A DNA stretch of 63,965 bases, filler included, from Collodictyon triciliatum (GCA_043381765.1; 11 parts of 11 records of this genome joined end to end with filler, not necessarily neighbours in it), one strand, 5' to 3'; positions 14,505 to 24,762 are shown, counted from the whole stretch's first letter. A program made the numbers and translations. Notes: a model not told the origin generated them from the letters alone.

Positions 14505-15380
14505 TTATTCTACGGGAACGAGCTTGAGCGTAATGTCAACACTTGCCGTCTGCGGGAAGTTAACTAGATTGTTGTACTGGTCAATAAATGTTATATTGAA
14601 TCGTGTAGGCAAAACCGAAAAGACTTGTTGCGTAAATTCTTCACTTGCTTCTTCTACGAATGTGTACTGGTATTTACTATTACTTAGATTCAATGGACAC
14701 CGATAAGCAATATCAAAACGCTCAGGGACATCTGTGTTGAAATTCAGATTTGTAATTCCCTGGATAGTCATAAAAAAATAAGAGTACGGTTGTAAATTTC
14801 CAGGATTCGGCAGATATTTTTTAGGAGTTGTTTGCAGAGGTAATTCAAATTCTGTGTTGTAATTGCATCCAATCACATAAGACCCACCGAAACCAAATTC
14901 ACCCTGGTACTGACTAAATTCATTATTAGATGTTATATAAACTCTTATTGCTGGTGTCGCAACTGTTTTTCTTTCAAAATAAAACCGATTGCGAATATCG
15001 TCATATCCCATATCATACTGGTCGTATCCAAAGCTTGCTAAAAAAGTATTTAATGCCAGGGCAACCGCTTGGGCATATTGTGAAGTGTTATATGTACCCT
15101 CATTAATTGTAATTGTTGAAAAAGTGCTTATAGTTGTGTTTGTATTCAATACTCGAATTCGCAATTGATTGTATTGATACAACTCTGTTATTTGGTGTAT
15201 CGTCGTGGGGTAGTACACATTTTTTATATATAGATTATATGACTTGTTTTTGATAACTGGGAAATCTGATAAATCAAAGGTGAAATTGTTGTTTGACCCA
15301 CTCACTCGTTTCGATTCCGAATTAATAAAAAGATAATTGGCCTCATTTGTATTTCTCTCGTTTAGCAGACGGCGTTGCAT
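14505..15380 (-). CDS. Putative minor capsid protein (penton, single jelly-roll), PLV/virophage type (291 aa)
   Basis: Pattern YLFINSE..SGSNNNFTFDL / VYYPTTIHQIT / TITINEGTYN..YAQAVALALN / NLQPYSYFFMTI / IAYRCPL / FNITFIDQYNNLVNF..DITLKL resembles PLV/Polinton pentons; size and position next to the MCP agree. Confidence 0.8.
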   Translation of the reverse strand: MQRRLLNERNTNEANYLFINSESKRVSGSNNNFTFDLSDFPVIKNKSYNLYIKNVYYPTTIHQITELYQYNQLRIRVLNTNTTISTFSTITINEGTYNTSQYAQAVALALNTFLASFGYDQYDMGYDDIRNRFYFERKTVATPAIRVYITSNNEFSQYQGEFGFGGSYVIGCNYNTEFELPLQTTPKKYLPNPGNLQPYSYFFMTIQGITNLNFNTDVPERFDIAYRCPLNLSNSKYQYTFVEEASEEFTQQVFSVLPTRFNITFIDQYNNLVNFPQTASVDITLKLVPVE

Positions 15381-15413
15381 AAATTACCATAGAATTTTTT
15401 TCTATATCAAATT
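15381..15413. promoter_or_regulatory. Bidirectional 33-bp viral promoter with symmetric TCTA boxes
   Basis: CAT-AAATTACCA-TAGA-ATTTTTT-TCTA-TATCAAATT-ATG: TCTA lies 9 nt upstream of each divergent ATG. Confidence 0.65.
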
Positions 15414-15788
15414 ATGGAGCAAGAATATGAAGAAGATATTGAACTTCCTGTTGCCGTGCCCGAAAAAAAGAAAAGAACACTGACCCCCAAGCAGCTCAAA
15501 AATTTGGAACTGATGAGGCAGAAAAAGATGGCCAAAAAAAAAGCATCTCAAATGATCGAGGAATCTGTTAGAAATTCGGCGAGAGACGCAGAGACCGAGG
15601 AATTCTCTAATCTAAAAAGTGAACTCTCTGAGATAAAAGAGCAACTAAAAAAGAAATCCAAACCCCGGGAAATTCCGAAGAAACGAAAAAAAGCTGAATC
15701 AGAATCAGAATCAGATGAACCAGAACTTGGTACAAGTTACAGACAATCAACAAATCCATACTTGAATCAACTTGTAAGATTTAAATAA
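15414..15788 (+). CDS. Small charged viral protein (124 aa), possibly nucleic-acid binding
   Basis: Lys/Glu-rich; KKKRTLTPKQLKNLELMRQKK motif and a short coiled coil; exactly fills the gap between penton and MCP and has the shared upstream motif. Confidence 0.75.
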   Translation: MEQEYEEDIELPVAVPEKKKRTLTPKQLKNLELMRQKKMAKKKASQMIEESVRNSARDAETEEFSNLKSELSEIKEQLKKKSKPREIPKKRKKAESESESDEPELGTSYRQSTNPYLNQLVRFK

Positions 15789-15815
15789 TTATTTTTTTAT
15801 AAAACAATTATTTAA
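15781..15815. terminator. Hairpin spanning the convergent stop codons of the 124-aa gene and the MCP
   Basis: TTAAATAATT-a-TTTT-tttat-AAAA-c-AATTATTTAA: 10-bp stem, one mismatch, 4-bp stem, 5-nt loop. Confidence 0.55.
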
Positions 15816-17593
15816 TAAAGAACTTGGGCGTTGTCTTTTCCGACGTCAAGAATACGTGTGTGCTCGATGATGACCCAGCAAGTATAATTATCTACAGGTG
15901 AGACATTTGAAACAGCAGCAGCAGCATTTTTTGCACTTGTGGCAGTTCCACCTGCTGTAACTTGATGCCCTTCTGGGCAAGAAGTACCAAACTGTAGACC
16001 AACCTGTACAATTCCAGAATTGGAAGATGCGTTGTATCCACTGAGCTCAAACTCGTCAGAATAATCTGATCGAGTCATTGACCACCCCAGTGCAAAATAA
16101 GTGGGAGTCTTCCAATATATTTCTTCACATTCTAAAGGTGAAGCTCCAAAATTGGCCGGCATTCTATTGGAATTAGCGCCGGCGGCAATTGCTCCAGTGT
16201 CAAACATGTTTGCCATTACTGCTTTATTCTGAGCATAATACATTCCAGCCCCTGATGTTGGAAAAACAGTCGGGACGTCAGCTCCAGTAACAATAAGTGG
16301 TCTTCCACAAACTTGTCCGAAATTCACCTGGCCAAGCATCTCAGCTGACGTATTGTATCCCAACGCTTTCATTAAATAATTAAGGGCTTCTGGTTGTTGA
16401 CATCCTGCTTGTCCATTAATTCCAGATGTCAAAAATCCAGATGCTGTTCCAGCAGCGGATGTTAAACTTGCTCCAGAAGACGGATATGTTAAATAACTTG
16501 GTCCATTCAGCAAAATTGGGACAGACGGGGAAACTTTTCCATTTATTGTAAGTCTTGCTTGAGCTAAACCTTCAATCGCATGAAGTCTGTCCGTTCCTAG
16601 GTATGATAATGTTCCTTGTTCAATATTTCGTGTAAAAATACAATAAATTGCGTTAATATTTGAGTACTGAATTGAAATATTTTGTGTAATCCATCCAGAT
16701 GAATTTTTTGGGATAGGAAATTGCGTCATGAAATAAGTTTCTATAGGTATTTGAAGATTATTATTGATCAGATATTGACTAAGCGCATTGTTATAGCTAG
16801 GTTCTGTTTGAATGTAATTAATATTCATTCGTATATTTGAAAGTCGATAAGATAAAGTTGTCTCAGTAACACCTGAAAAAGCAAAATAATTCCTAACAGT
16901 ATTTGCTGCTGCAGAAACCGTTCCATGAGTAAAACATTCACTAGCGGGTGACAACCAAATACGGATTTCCAATGAATTTGGCCCTAAAAGGTAAGCAGGT
17001 AAGAGAGTTTTGATATTCATAAGTCCTAAGTATCGTAACGGAAAACCGATTTGGATTGTATTGCTTGTAGTACTGTCATCAGGTATACCAACCAACAATT
17101 CACGACTTCTATCCAAAATAGATTTACCTACTCCCATTCCTCCACTCATTAGATTTACCCAATTTTGATTATTGCACCAATTGTGCTTGAAAGTCTCTAA
17201 ATACGAATAATTGTCTATGCGTTCCAATTCTGAGCCATTTAAGTAGACGGCGATGCGATAGATAAAACTTTCATAACTTTCACAAGGTGCCAGAATAGCC
17301 ACACTATCATCAGCTGTTAAAATACTATTTTTTAAATTTGCTACATTAGCTGCATCAGTTACTGCAGCTGTCAAATTCCGCACTTGCAAATCAGCAACAA
17401 TATGAGCGCTGTCCATCTGAATCGACCATTCATTGTCTATAGGCACGCGAAAAACAATTTGGGGGCCACTACTAAAACCCGCAGTCTGCTCCGTTCCATT
17501 GCTGGGCAAAACTTGCCTCATTTGCTTTTCCAAAATAGTTTTCTTTTTACTTGATACATTTCTAAACTGTAGCTCCTCCGGTAGTGAATCCAT
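15812..17593 (-). CDS. Putative double jelly-roll major capsid protein, PLV-like (593 aa)
   Basis: Pattern RQVLPSNG..FSSGPQIVFRVP / SFIYRIAVYLNGSELERIDNYSYL / KTLLPAYLL..LEIRIWL / YRLSNIRMNINYI / ARLTINGKVSPSVPI / C-terminal VIIEHTRILDV..AQVLY resembles PLV MCPs. Confidence 0.82.
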   Translation of the reverse strand: MDSLPEELQFRNVSSKKKTILEKQMRQVLPSNGTEQTAGFSSGPQIVFRVPIDNEWSIQMDSAHIVADLQVRNLTAAVTDAANVANLKNSILTADDSVAILAPCESYESFIYRIAVYLNGSELERIDNYSYLETFKHNWCNNQNWVNLMSGGMGVGKSILDRSRELLVGIPDDSTTSNTIQIGFPLRYLGLMNIKTLLPAYLLGPNSLEIRIWLSPASECFTHGTVSAAANTVRNYFAFSGVTETTLSYRLSNIRMNINYIQTEPSYNNALSQYLINNNLQIPIETYFMTQFPIPKNSSGWITQNISIQYSNINAIYCIFTRNIEQGTLSYLGTDRLHAIEGLAQARLTINGKVSPSVPILLNGPSYLTYPSSGASLTSAAGTASGFLTSGINGQAGCQQPEALNYLMKALGYNTSAEMLGQVNFGQVCGRPLIVTGADVPTVFPTSGAGMYYAQNKAVMANMFDTGAIAAGANSNRMPANFGASPLECEEIYWKTPTYFALGWSMTRSDYSDEFELSGYNASSNSGIVQVGLQFGTSCPEGHQVTAGGTATSAKNAAAAVSNVSPVDNYTCWVIIEHTRILDVGKDNAQVLY

Positions 17594-17615
17594 ATTCTAA
17601 AAAAGAAAATAATTT

Positions 17616-18026
17616 TTAATAACCTATTTTATTTCTGATATTGTCGTCGTATGATTTTATGACTTTTCCCAGGGATTCGTTTCGTTGTGCAGCTCCGCGA
17701 ATTACAGGCGCGTATTTATTTACTTGGTCAACACCTTTTTTAAATTGCCCCTCGTATTTTGTCCCTTCTACAAGACCCGCAACTGTTGCGCCTTTTTTTC
17801 CTTCTGCCAAATCCAAGCCTTTTTTCACGTATCCTTTATTTGCATTGTACACCTTCAACGCCTGCTCCGACAATCCACCCGTGGCTGTACGAGCCAAGTC
17901 CCTCAATCCCCCACCGGTTGCTTTATCAACGGCATTGACTACTTTCTCACCGACATTCATCCCCTTCCTAACAACTTTTACTAGACCTTTTGTGAATCCC
18001 CTCAAGCTTCTCCGTGTGAATACCAT
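17616..18026 (-). CDS. Basic Gly/Lys-rich viral protein with amphipathic N-terminus (136 aa); candidate core/membrane-lytic protein
   Basis: MVFTRRSLRGFTKGLVKVVRKGMNVGEKVVNAVDK; two ATGG sites; immediately upstream of the MCP; has the shared upstream motif. Confidence 0.7.
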   Translation of the reverse strand: MVFTRRSLRGFTKGLVKVVRKGMNVGEKVVNAVDKATGGGLRDLARTATGGLSEQALKVYNANKGYVKKGLDLAEGKKGATVAGLVEGTKYEGQFKKGVDQVNKYAPVIRGAAQRNESLGKVIKSYDDNIRNKIGY

Positions 18027-18179
18027 ATCATTACTTATAAAAAAATCTAGGTCAACTCCTCCTCNNNNNNNNNNNNNNNNNNNNNNNNNNNNNNNNNNNN
18101 NNNNNNNNTTAATTAATTAANNNNNNNNNNNNNNNNNNNNNNNNNNNNNNNNNNNNNNNNNNNNAAAAAAAAAAAAAAA

Positions 18180-18210
<31 letters not shown>

Positions 18211-18318
18211 CCCTGCATACAGAATCATATTTTATTAAGATTATGTTTATCAATCATTTTAGCTAAATTTGATTGATTCTAATTGAATGAAAAAATTCAT
18301 TTGCATATAGGTATATCA

Positions 18319-18494
18319 CCTTTGCACCCAGAGACTGCAATAAAGTTTAACAAAAGATGCCCCTCTCCAGACCCCAGGTCGAATACACGGTCAGGTTCGG
18401 TCAGACCCATGGACATTGAGGCATCTTTGGCAACTTGAACTGGACTTGAAACAATTGGGGACACAAATCTACTTGTCCAGTCAAAGGCAAACAT
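18319..18494 (-). CDS. Class I SAM-dependent methyltransferase, 5' exon (3' part beyond contig)
   Basis: PIVSSPVQVA...DRVFDLGSGEGHLL contains motif I (DLGxGxG); followed by a GTGATA donor. Confidence 0.7.
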
Positions 18495-19085
18495 TTTCTT
18501 TTCCGGTTGGGGTTTCTATTGTCCTTCCTCTTCTGTAATCGGTGTGTCTATTAGTGCAGCTTCCAAATTATCGTTCTCCTGGATTTTTTGGTTCCACTGA
18601 GCCATCGATATCTCTTTCCTCAAAGTCAGTACCGGAATATATTTTATGGATCAAATGGCTCTGGCCTCCATCAAACTCCATGTTTGCTCCGATAATTGAT
18701 GATAGAATGTTGATAGAATGCTTTTAAACACCTATGATTGTTTTTTTCCCTGACAGTTAAGAGATATTTGAATAATGTAATTGTTTTGTTATGTCTCTTC
18801 TAACTATCTCCTTTTCTGATTTTAATATTCGCAATGGGTAAAAATTTATAATAGATGTCGATGGGTAACCGAGGTACCACGGTTTTGAGAATTTATTCTG
18901 AGTGATTAAGTTTAACTTTATTTTCAAAGAGAAGGTGGTATGATGTGGTCAGTTTAGGGATCTTTTTTTTTTTTCACGAACAAGCAATGAATCTGAGCTC
19001 TGAGGCGAACATATATCTGTGAAACATCCTTGGAATTTATTATGATTATCTTTTAGTTATAAAAAAACCACGTAAAATTCGCTTC

Positions 19086-19961
19086 TTATTCACTCAATTT
19101 TAGAATCTGGTAAGATTCGTAGAATATTTCTCTTGACCCTCCTATGAAGGTTTCGTCGTAATAAAACAGAAGCGTAATAATCGACACAAATGATAAGAAC
19201 ACTGATATTAATACTGCATTAAACCCATCTTCATTTGACCGAATCTGGTTTTGTAGTCCACAAGAATTAAGAGCAGATGTGATGCTTCTGTCCCCGTAGT
19301 CAACCCAGATGGATATGGCGCTAACAATAAATACACTGACAAGAATCCAAACGGTAAGGAGCACTCTCCGAACAATCTTTATCTTTCTAACATACATGGG
19401 GAGCACAAATATGAAGGTCATACTTGAGATGCTAAATAACAACGCAAAAGCCATCAAAAATGCAGCCACTAATCCAATCAGAAACAGTTCCTCACAAGCA
19501 TCACCAGAGCAATCAGAATAACTAGATCCGGGCGGATCGAAGCCCTCTGATACGGCGCAAGCTCCACAAGTTCCAGCTACCTTGTAATCCAAAATCCAAA
19601 AAGAAAGCCGAGCCGTAGCATTTCTTGTCTCGTATTTTTTCACATGTTTAGAGGAGGATAGAGCTGTCGAAGTGTACTGGCTGCTTATTTCGATTCCATC
19701 TCCGCAACAAGTTTTATCAAGTAGATCATGTTGACCAGTAAACTGCTCATATTTTGCTGCCGATTCGCTTCCAGGAGAGAAGTTCACTACATCGCCCTGG
19801 GTTTCAATCGAGCAAGTGACTTGGTATACATTCCATTCTCTGAAGAATCCAAAACAAATGCATATAATCACACCAAGATTCAAGCAAAAAAGGCTTATGT
19901 GGATCGGTGTGAGGATTTTGAGCCTTTGTGCACCATCGCCAAGGTGGGGCAATTCCTTCAT
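19086..19961 (-). CDS. Four-TM claudin/PMP22-like membrane protein (291 aa), intronless
   Basis: TM1 followed by W, a large Cys-rich loop, then three further TM helices. Confidence 0.6.
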   Translation of the reverse strand: MKELPHLGDGAQRLKILTPIHISLFCLNLGVIICICFGFFREWNVYQVTCSIETQGDVVNFSPGSESAAKYEQFTGQHDLLDKTCCGDGIEISSQYTSTALSSSKHVKKYETRNATARLSFWILDYKVAGTCGACAVSEGFDPPGSSYSDCSGDACEELFLIGLVAAFLMAFALLFSISSMTFIFVLPMYVRKIKIVRRVLLTVWILVSVFIVSAISIWVDYGDRSITSALNSCGLQNQIRSNEDGFNAVLISVFLSFVSIITLLFYYDETFIGGSREIFYESYQILKLSE

Positions 19962-20066
19962 TTCTTGGACAACCGCTTGGTACTTTCGGCTCTTTCGCTA
20001 GAGTTCTGACTCCGGCAGACTTGATCGCGTACCTATCACAGACATTACGGTTGGTTAGCGCGCCAC

Positions 20067-20181
20067 GTTTATTGGTATTATTGGTATTATTGGTATTATT
20101 GGTATTATTGGTATTATTGGTATTATTGGTATTATTNNNNNNNNNNNNNNNNNNNNTATTATTGGTATTATTGGTATTATT
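20067..20181. repeat. (TTGGTATTA)n tandem repeat with an internal 20-N gap
   Basis: Directly visible. Confidence 0.9.
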
Positions 20182-21417
20182 ATCCCCATTATAAAAACAA
20201 AAAGGGTTGCCATAGTCTTTCTTTCTTATGGTTTGTTTGGGTAAGTTGCCCCAGAAGTTTTTTACTCTTTTTTTTTGATCTATTGATGGCCTCACACTCG
20301 ACCACTGGGAAGTTCGTTTGATTTTTCAACTTTGCCATATCATGATTGTATTCTGGTCAAATTCCATATATAATTATGAAATAGTTTGTATAGCGATACA
20401 TTTTGTTTTTGAGAAGCTAGAAAATGATAAATCAAGCAAATAAAGTCATCAATATTATGTTTTCCAGATATGTTCATTCGGCAATACCCAGCCTCGCCCA
20501 AAAGCACTGAAAGCACGACCACGAACTCCCCAAGCAGCTTTCTCTCGACCGTGCCAAATACTGTGCCATCATCTTATTTAAATCAGCCGAGCGCAAAGTT
20601 ATGATTCGGTATCGATTAGATCCAGTTGTAGCAAATCGGCAGCGCCGCTGTGCCGCATAGCTGAAGACCTCGGTAAATACCAATAACTTATCGAGGCATC
20701 CCCCTGATGGGATTTTGAAAATGGAGGATTCATGAGTGGAAATCATAAATGAAGTAAGCTTCTGGTACTCTTAGCAATAGAAAAAATGGCAAAAGCGCAG
20801 CTCTGTTTAGTCTCTCGATACTTTAAAATGATTTCGTTTCACAGACTGAGCGACAATCACACACCGCACACATGACGGACTCTAAATGACAGCAATCTTA
20901 TCCTCTTTTTTTTTTTCTTTACCCAAACAAAAATGATCTTAGATCACTCCTTTCTCCCTCTCTTTTGCCTTCTCACATTATCCTCTTCCTCATGTAAGCG
21001 ACATCTGAAAGGTGACAGGCTTGCCCCAACCAGTTATATCTCGCCTACGCCGCATGTCCTTTTGTGTGCGTGCTTTCTTTGTCGCTTGTCTCTCCTTAAC
21101 CCATAAAAGGAATGAAGAAAAAAATGGAAAATACCCTAAAAAATAAGACAAGAAAAAAAGAAATTCCCAACGAGTCCTTTTTCCGACCCTAAAGTCCAAG
21201 TAAAGGCAAACAGACCGGGTTTCCTTGTCCTCGCACAAAGTCGTTGCCGTAGCAAAGTACAAGAGCATAGAAGGCTACCAAGTCATCAGACAACAATCAG
21301 AGCTGAGCAAAAAGCCCAGTCGATTTCAGTGCTTTATATAAAGTAAAATAAAATATATTGAAATAAACATATGTATATCCATTTCGTTTTGTGGATTGAC
21401 AGGACACTGAAAAAGGG

Positions 21418-23978
21418 ATGCAGAAAGCCTTCTCTGCTGGGCAGTCCAGTGGCGATGGTGCCTCATTGAACGCCAGAAACCCAACAAAGGACGGAGGCTC
21501 ACTCGAACCTATACGAATCGAACAGATTGGAGCGGATGCTTCACCAACAGATCGACTTGGGAGTGCAGGCTTTCGTATGAAGATAATGAAGAAAGAAAAG
21601 GAGGTGCCCAGCATGGCCACAATACAGCCAGTAGATGTCGAGGTATGCGTATGTGTTATTCTTTTATGCATTTACGTTAAATTGCTCATGTTGTGATTAT
21701 TCGTTTAGTATTTTTTTTCATGTAGTCCAAGAACGCCATATTTTATTTTATTTTATTTTATTTTATTTTATTTTATTTTATTTTATTTTATTTTATTTTA
21801 TTTTATTTTATTTTATTTTATTTTATTTTATTTTATTTTATACTTCACTGTGCATGTGCCAGGTAATTGGGATAGACGCATTCAATAGATATATGGTTGA
21901 TGGATTGCTTGAAAATGCAATAACCACTATTTAGTATAGTGTATCACTTGTCTCCAGTCTTATTATTTATGTTTTCAGGTTGAAAATAAAGTGAAAAAGT
22001 TGGACAAATCATCCCAGAGCACCCCTTTTGCTTCTGATTCGGAGTGGAATCCTTCCAGACTAACTGATGTGGATATAAGCTTAGTTTGTCATATATTTAT
22101 CTCAGTATTCGTTTATCATCAATCTCATTTTGTACAAATTGTGCTGGATGTATCTTAATCCAATTTCTACAACATACCTATTTATATAATTTTTCGACTT
22201 TAATCAACATGAAGCAGACAAAACTGACAAAACTATTTACTTTATAAAATCACACTATTGGTGCTTCAGCTTATTTAAAAAACTATTTGATATCGCAGTA
22301 TGGATGTGATTGTTTGGATGAAGTAGAGAGATCTATGATTCGAAGGGCTCTCTCTCAAAGAGCCATCGAAAAAGAAACTGCAAATGTAACCTCTGACCAC
22401 CCTGAGGTAAGATCTTATTAGTTGTTTTCCTCAGCTTCGTAGCCAAATAACTACAAAGTATGGCATTTAATCAACTCTAATGAACTTGTTTTGTCGTAGC
22501 AAAAATCAATCGTGCCTAAAATGGACCCTGATTCAACCTCATGTAACTCTGGCCGGTCAAGGCATATGCGTTTGGTGGCCCAGTCCAAGGAATCTCCGAG
22601 GACAGTAAAGACAAAGTCGGTAAAAATCAAACCCGCACCGCCTATCCTTGCGCGCCAACAAACGGGGCCGCTTAGCGCTCGGTAATTAAAAATAATTGTG
22701 AAAAACAAACATATATCTACATTTCCTTGATATTATTAGAATCAGTACAAGTTATAAGTATTCGATAAACTTTTCTCATGAATTGACTTGTTAATTTGGT
22801 CTACATCTAGTGTCACAAAGAGCGAACTCATTGAATACTCCAAAAGTATTAATCATGATTCCAGTTCAAGCCGCGATGCAACTCCAAATTATGGAGACGA
22901 AAATGAGACAAAAATGCTAGTATCTGTTCTTCCTCTTATTGGTTTGTTTGAGATACCAACATTACTGGTCATTTTGTCGATTCAAACATCCAAAAAAAAT
23001 AAATTACAGAGCTTAGATTAACAAATGAACATTTTTCATGTAGACAGTAAAAAACTCTCCGAATCTGAACGGAAGGCGATATTCATTCCTGGTTTACGCA
23101 AAAAACCTTCCAGTTTTCGAATACCAAGGTCTCATAAATCATCCGGATCAAAATCAGATGATTCTAAATTTCCGCCAATCAAAATGAAAACAGGTACGCC
23201 TCTAGGTTTCTATCATGCATCAATAGAATTTTTTTATACCCAAAATTAATTGTTCGATAGCTCTTCGGAAGCCTCCCCCGCCCACTTCATCAATATTTCC
23301 TCGCGTAATAGATTATTTTTAATGTGGAAATTTTTTTATCATAAATGCATTATTTGGATTATTCATATGTGGGGGAATCAATGACTCCCTATTCAATCCA
23401 TTTTGTTTAATTATAACTAAACTGTCCATACTTATCCATTAGAAGGGGACAATACACCACAATATTATACAAACTGTACAAGACCCTCTTGATATTCAAA
23501 GAGATAAAGATGTTCGAAATATTATGTCACGTATTTGTTTAATCTTTATTCATATTTATAAGTAACGATAAAGACAAGGACGAATTTACAATACCATGAT
23601 AAGGGAAAGTACAATCGATGGTTCTTTTCTTTTTTTCTTTTCTTCTTTTTTATTTTTTCTTTTCTTTTCTTTTCTTTTCTTTTCTTTTCTTTTCTTTTCT
23701 TTTCTTTTTTTCTTTTTTTTCTTTTTTTTCTTTTCTTCGTATGTCGTTTTGTTCTCTCTCTCTTTTTTCACTGGGCTCATGATTTTAAGATTATAAATCT
23801 CTACTTAATAGTTGCCAGGGAGTTTCAAGATACCCTTGATGAAAATTGGATATGGGAGGTTGCCGACGACGAAAGTGATCTTTTGTTTAATTTATAGATT
23901 GATACTCCCCGTTTCTTTCCAGACTATTGATGTAATTAACATTTAGGAGATACGGTATCAAGAGAAGTCGGATTTTCG
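21418..23978 (+). CDS. Multi-exon gene of unknown function, hydrophilic/disordered; boundaries approximate, 3' truncated
   Basis: Series of GC-richer open segments with GT/AG borders (e.g. 21418-21642, 21979-, 22499-22681, 22811-22919, 23044-23193) separated by AT-rich introns. Confidence 0.5.
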
Positions 23979-24035
23979 GTAAATAAATCTTAATAATAAT
24001 AAACATCATTTAGCCGGGCCCTCTAACTTTTCGCT

Positions 24036-24118
<83 letters not shown>

Positions 24119-24762
24119 TTTTTTTNNNNNNNNNNNNNNNNNNNNNNNNNNNNNNNNNNNNNNNNNNNNTTAATTAATTAANNNNNNNNNNNNNNNNNNN
24201 NNNNNNNNNNNNNNNNNNNNNNNNNTTTTTTTGTTTTTTTGTTTTTTTGTTTTTTTGTTTTTTTGTTGTTTTTTTTTCTTGAGCAGTTTGAACTTCATTA
24301 GCCGAAATTGAAACGAATGATTCTGAGAAAAGGAGTGTGCATATCTCTTTATTCTGGAAAATATACATAAAAATCTGCACTTAATTGCACATGTTATTAA
24401 ATTAGTCAAATAAATCAAATACTAAACACGCTGCAAAGGATTATTATTTTAAAAATTGTAAATTAAATTTGTTGGTAACCTCTTGAATGTTTAAGGCGAT
24501 TTGTTGCTCCAGATGGGTTCACTTGTATTGTGGACTTTGGCAGCGATTTTGCCCACTATTTTTTTTTTTCACTATTTCATTTTTTCATCTTTTCATTTTT
24601 TCATTTTTTCATTTCTTTTTTTCTTTTTTTCTTTTTTCTTTTTCTTTTTTTCATTTTCTTTTTTTCATTTTTTTCATTTTTTTTCATCTTTTCTTTTTCT
24701 ATTACTTTTTCTTTATCTGAACTGCTAAATGCCTGCTGATCTCTAGAACGCAGCCTGGAGGA

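Larger units (their letters stand above)
12112..18064. mobile_element. Polinton-like virus / virophage-like element (Preplasmiviricota), virion structural module; partial
   Basis: Intronless contig with six ORFs separated by 16-33 nt and no microsatellites; contains MCP-like, penton-like and fibre-like genes. No host flank is visible. Confidence 0.85.

Noticed and set aside
13602-18120. Plus-strand ORFs 13602-14006, 14085-14441, 17641-18120 and 17685-17984
   Set aside because: Antisense shadows of the viral genes; no recognisable protein features.
18516-18518. Genome-wide stop-codon reassignment (ciliate-like code)
   Set aside because: Long host exons (Roco, NHL, membrane proteins) have no in-frame TAA/TAG, and TAA, TAG and TGA all terminate genes here.
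11000-19000. Viral element apparently inserted between COG8 and a methyltransferase gene
   Set aside because: Both sides are spacers; there is no host-virus junction, TSD or TIR pair, so integration cannot be claimed.
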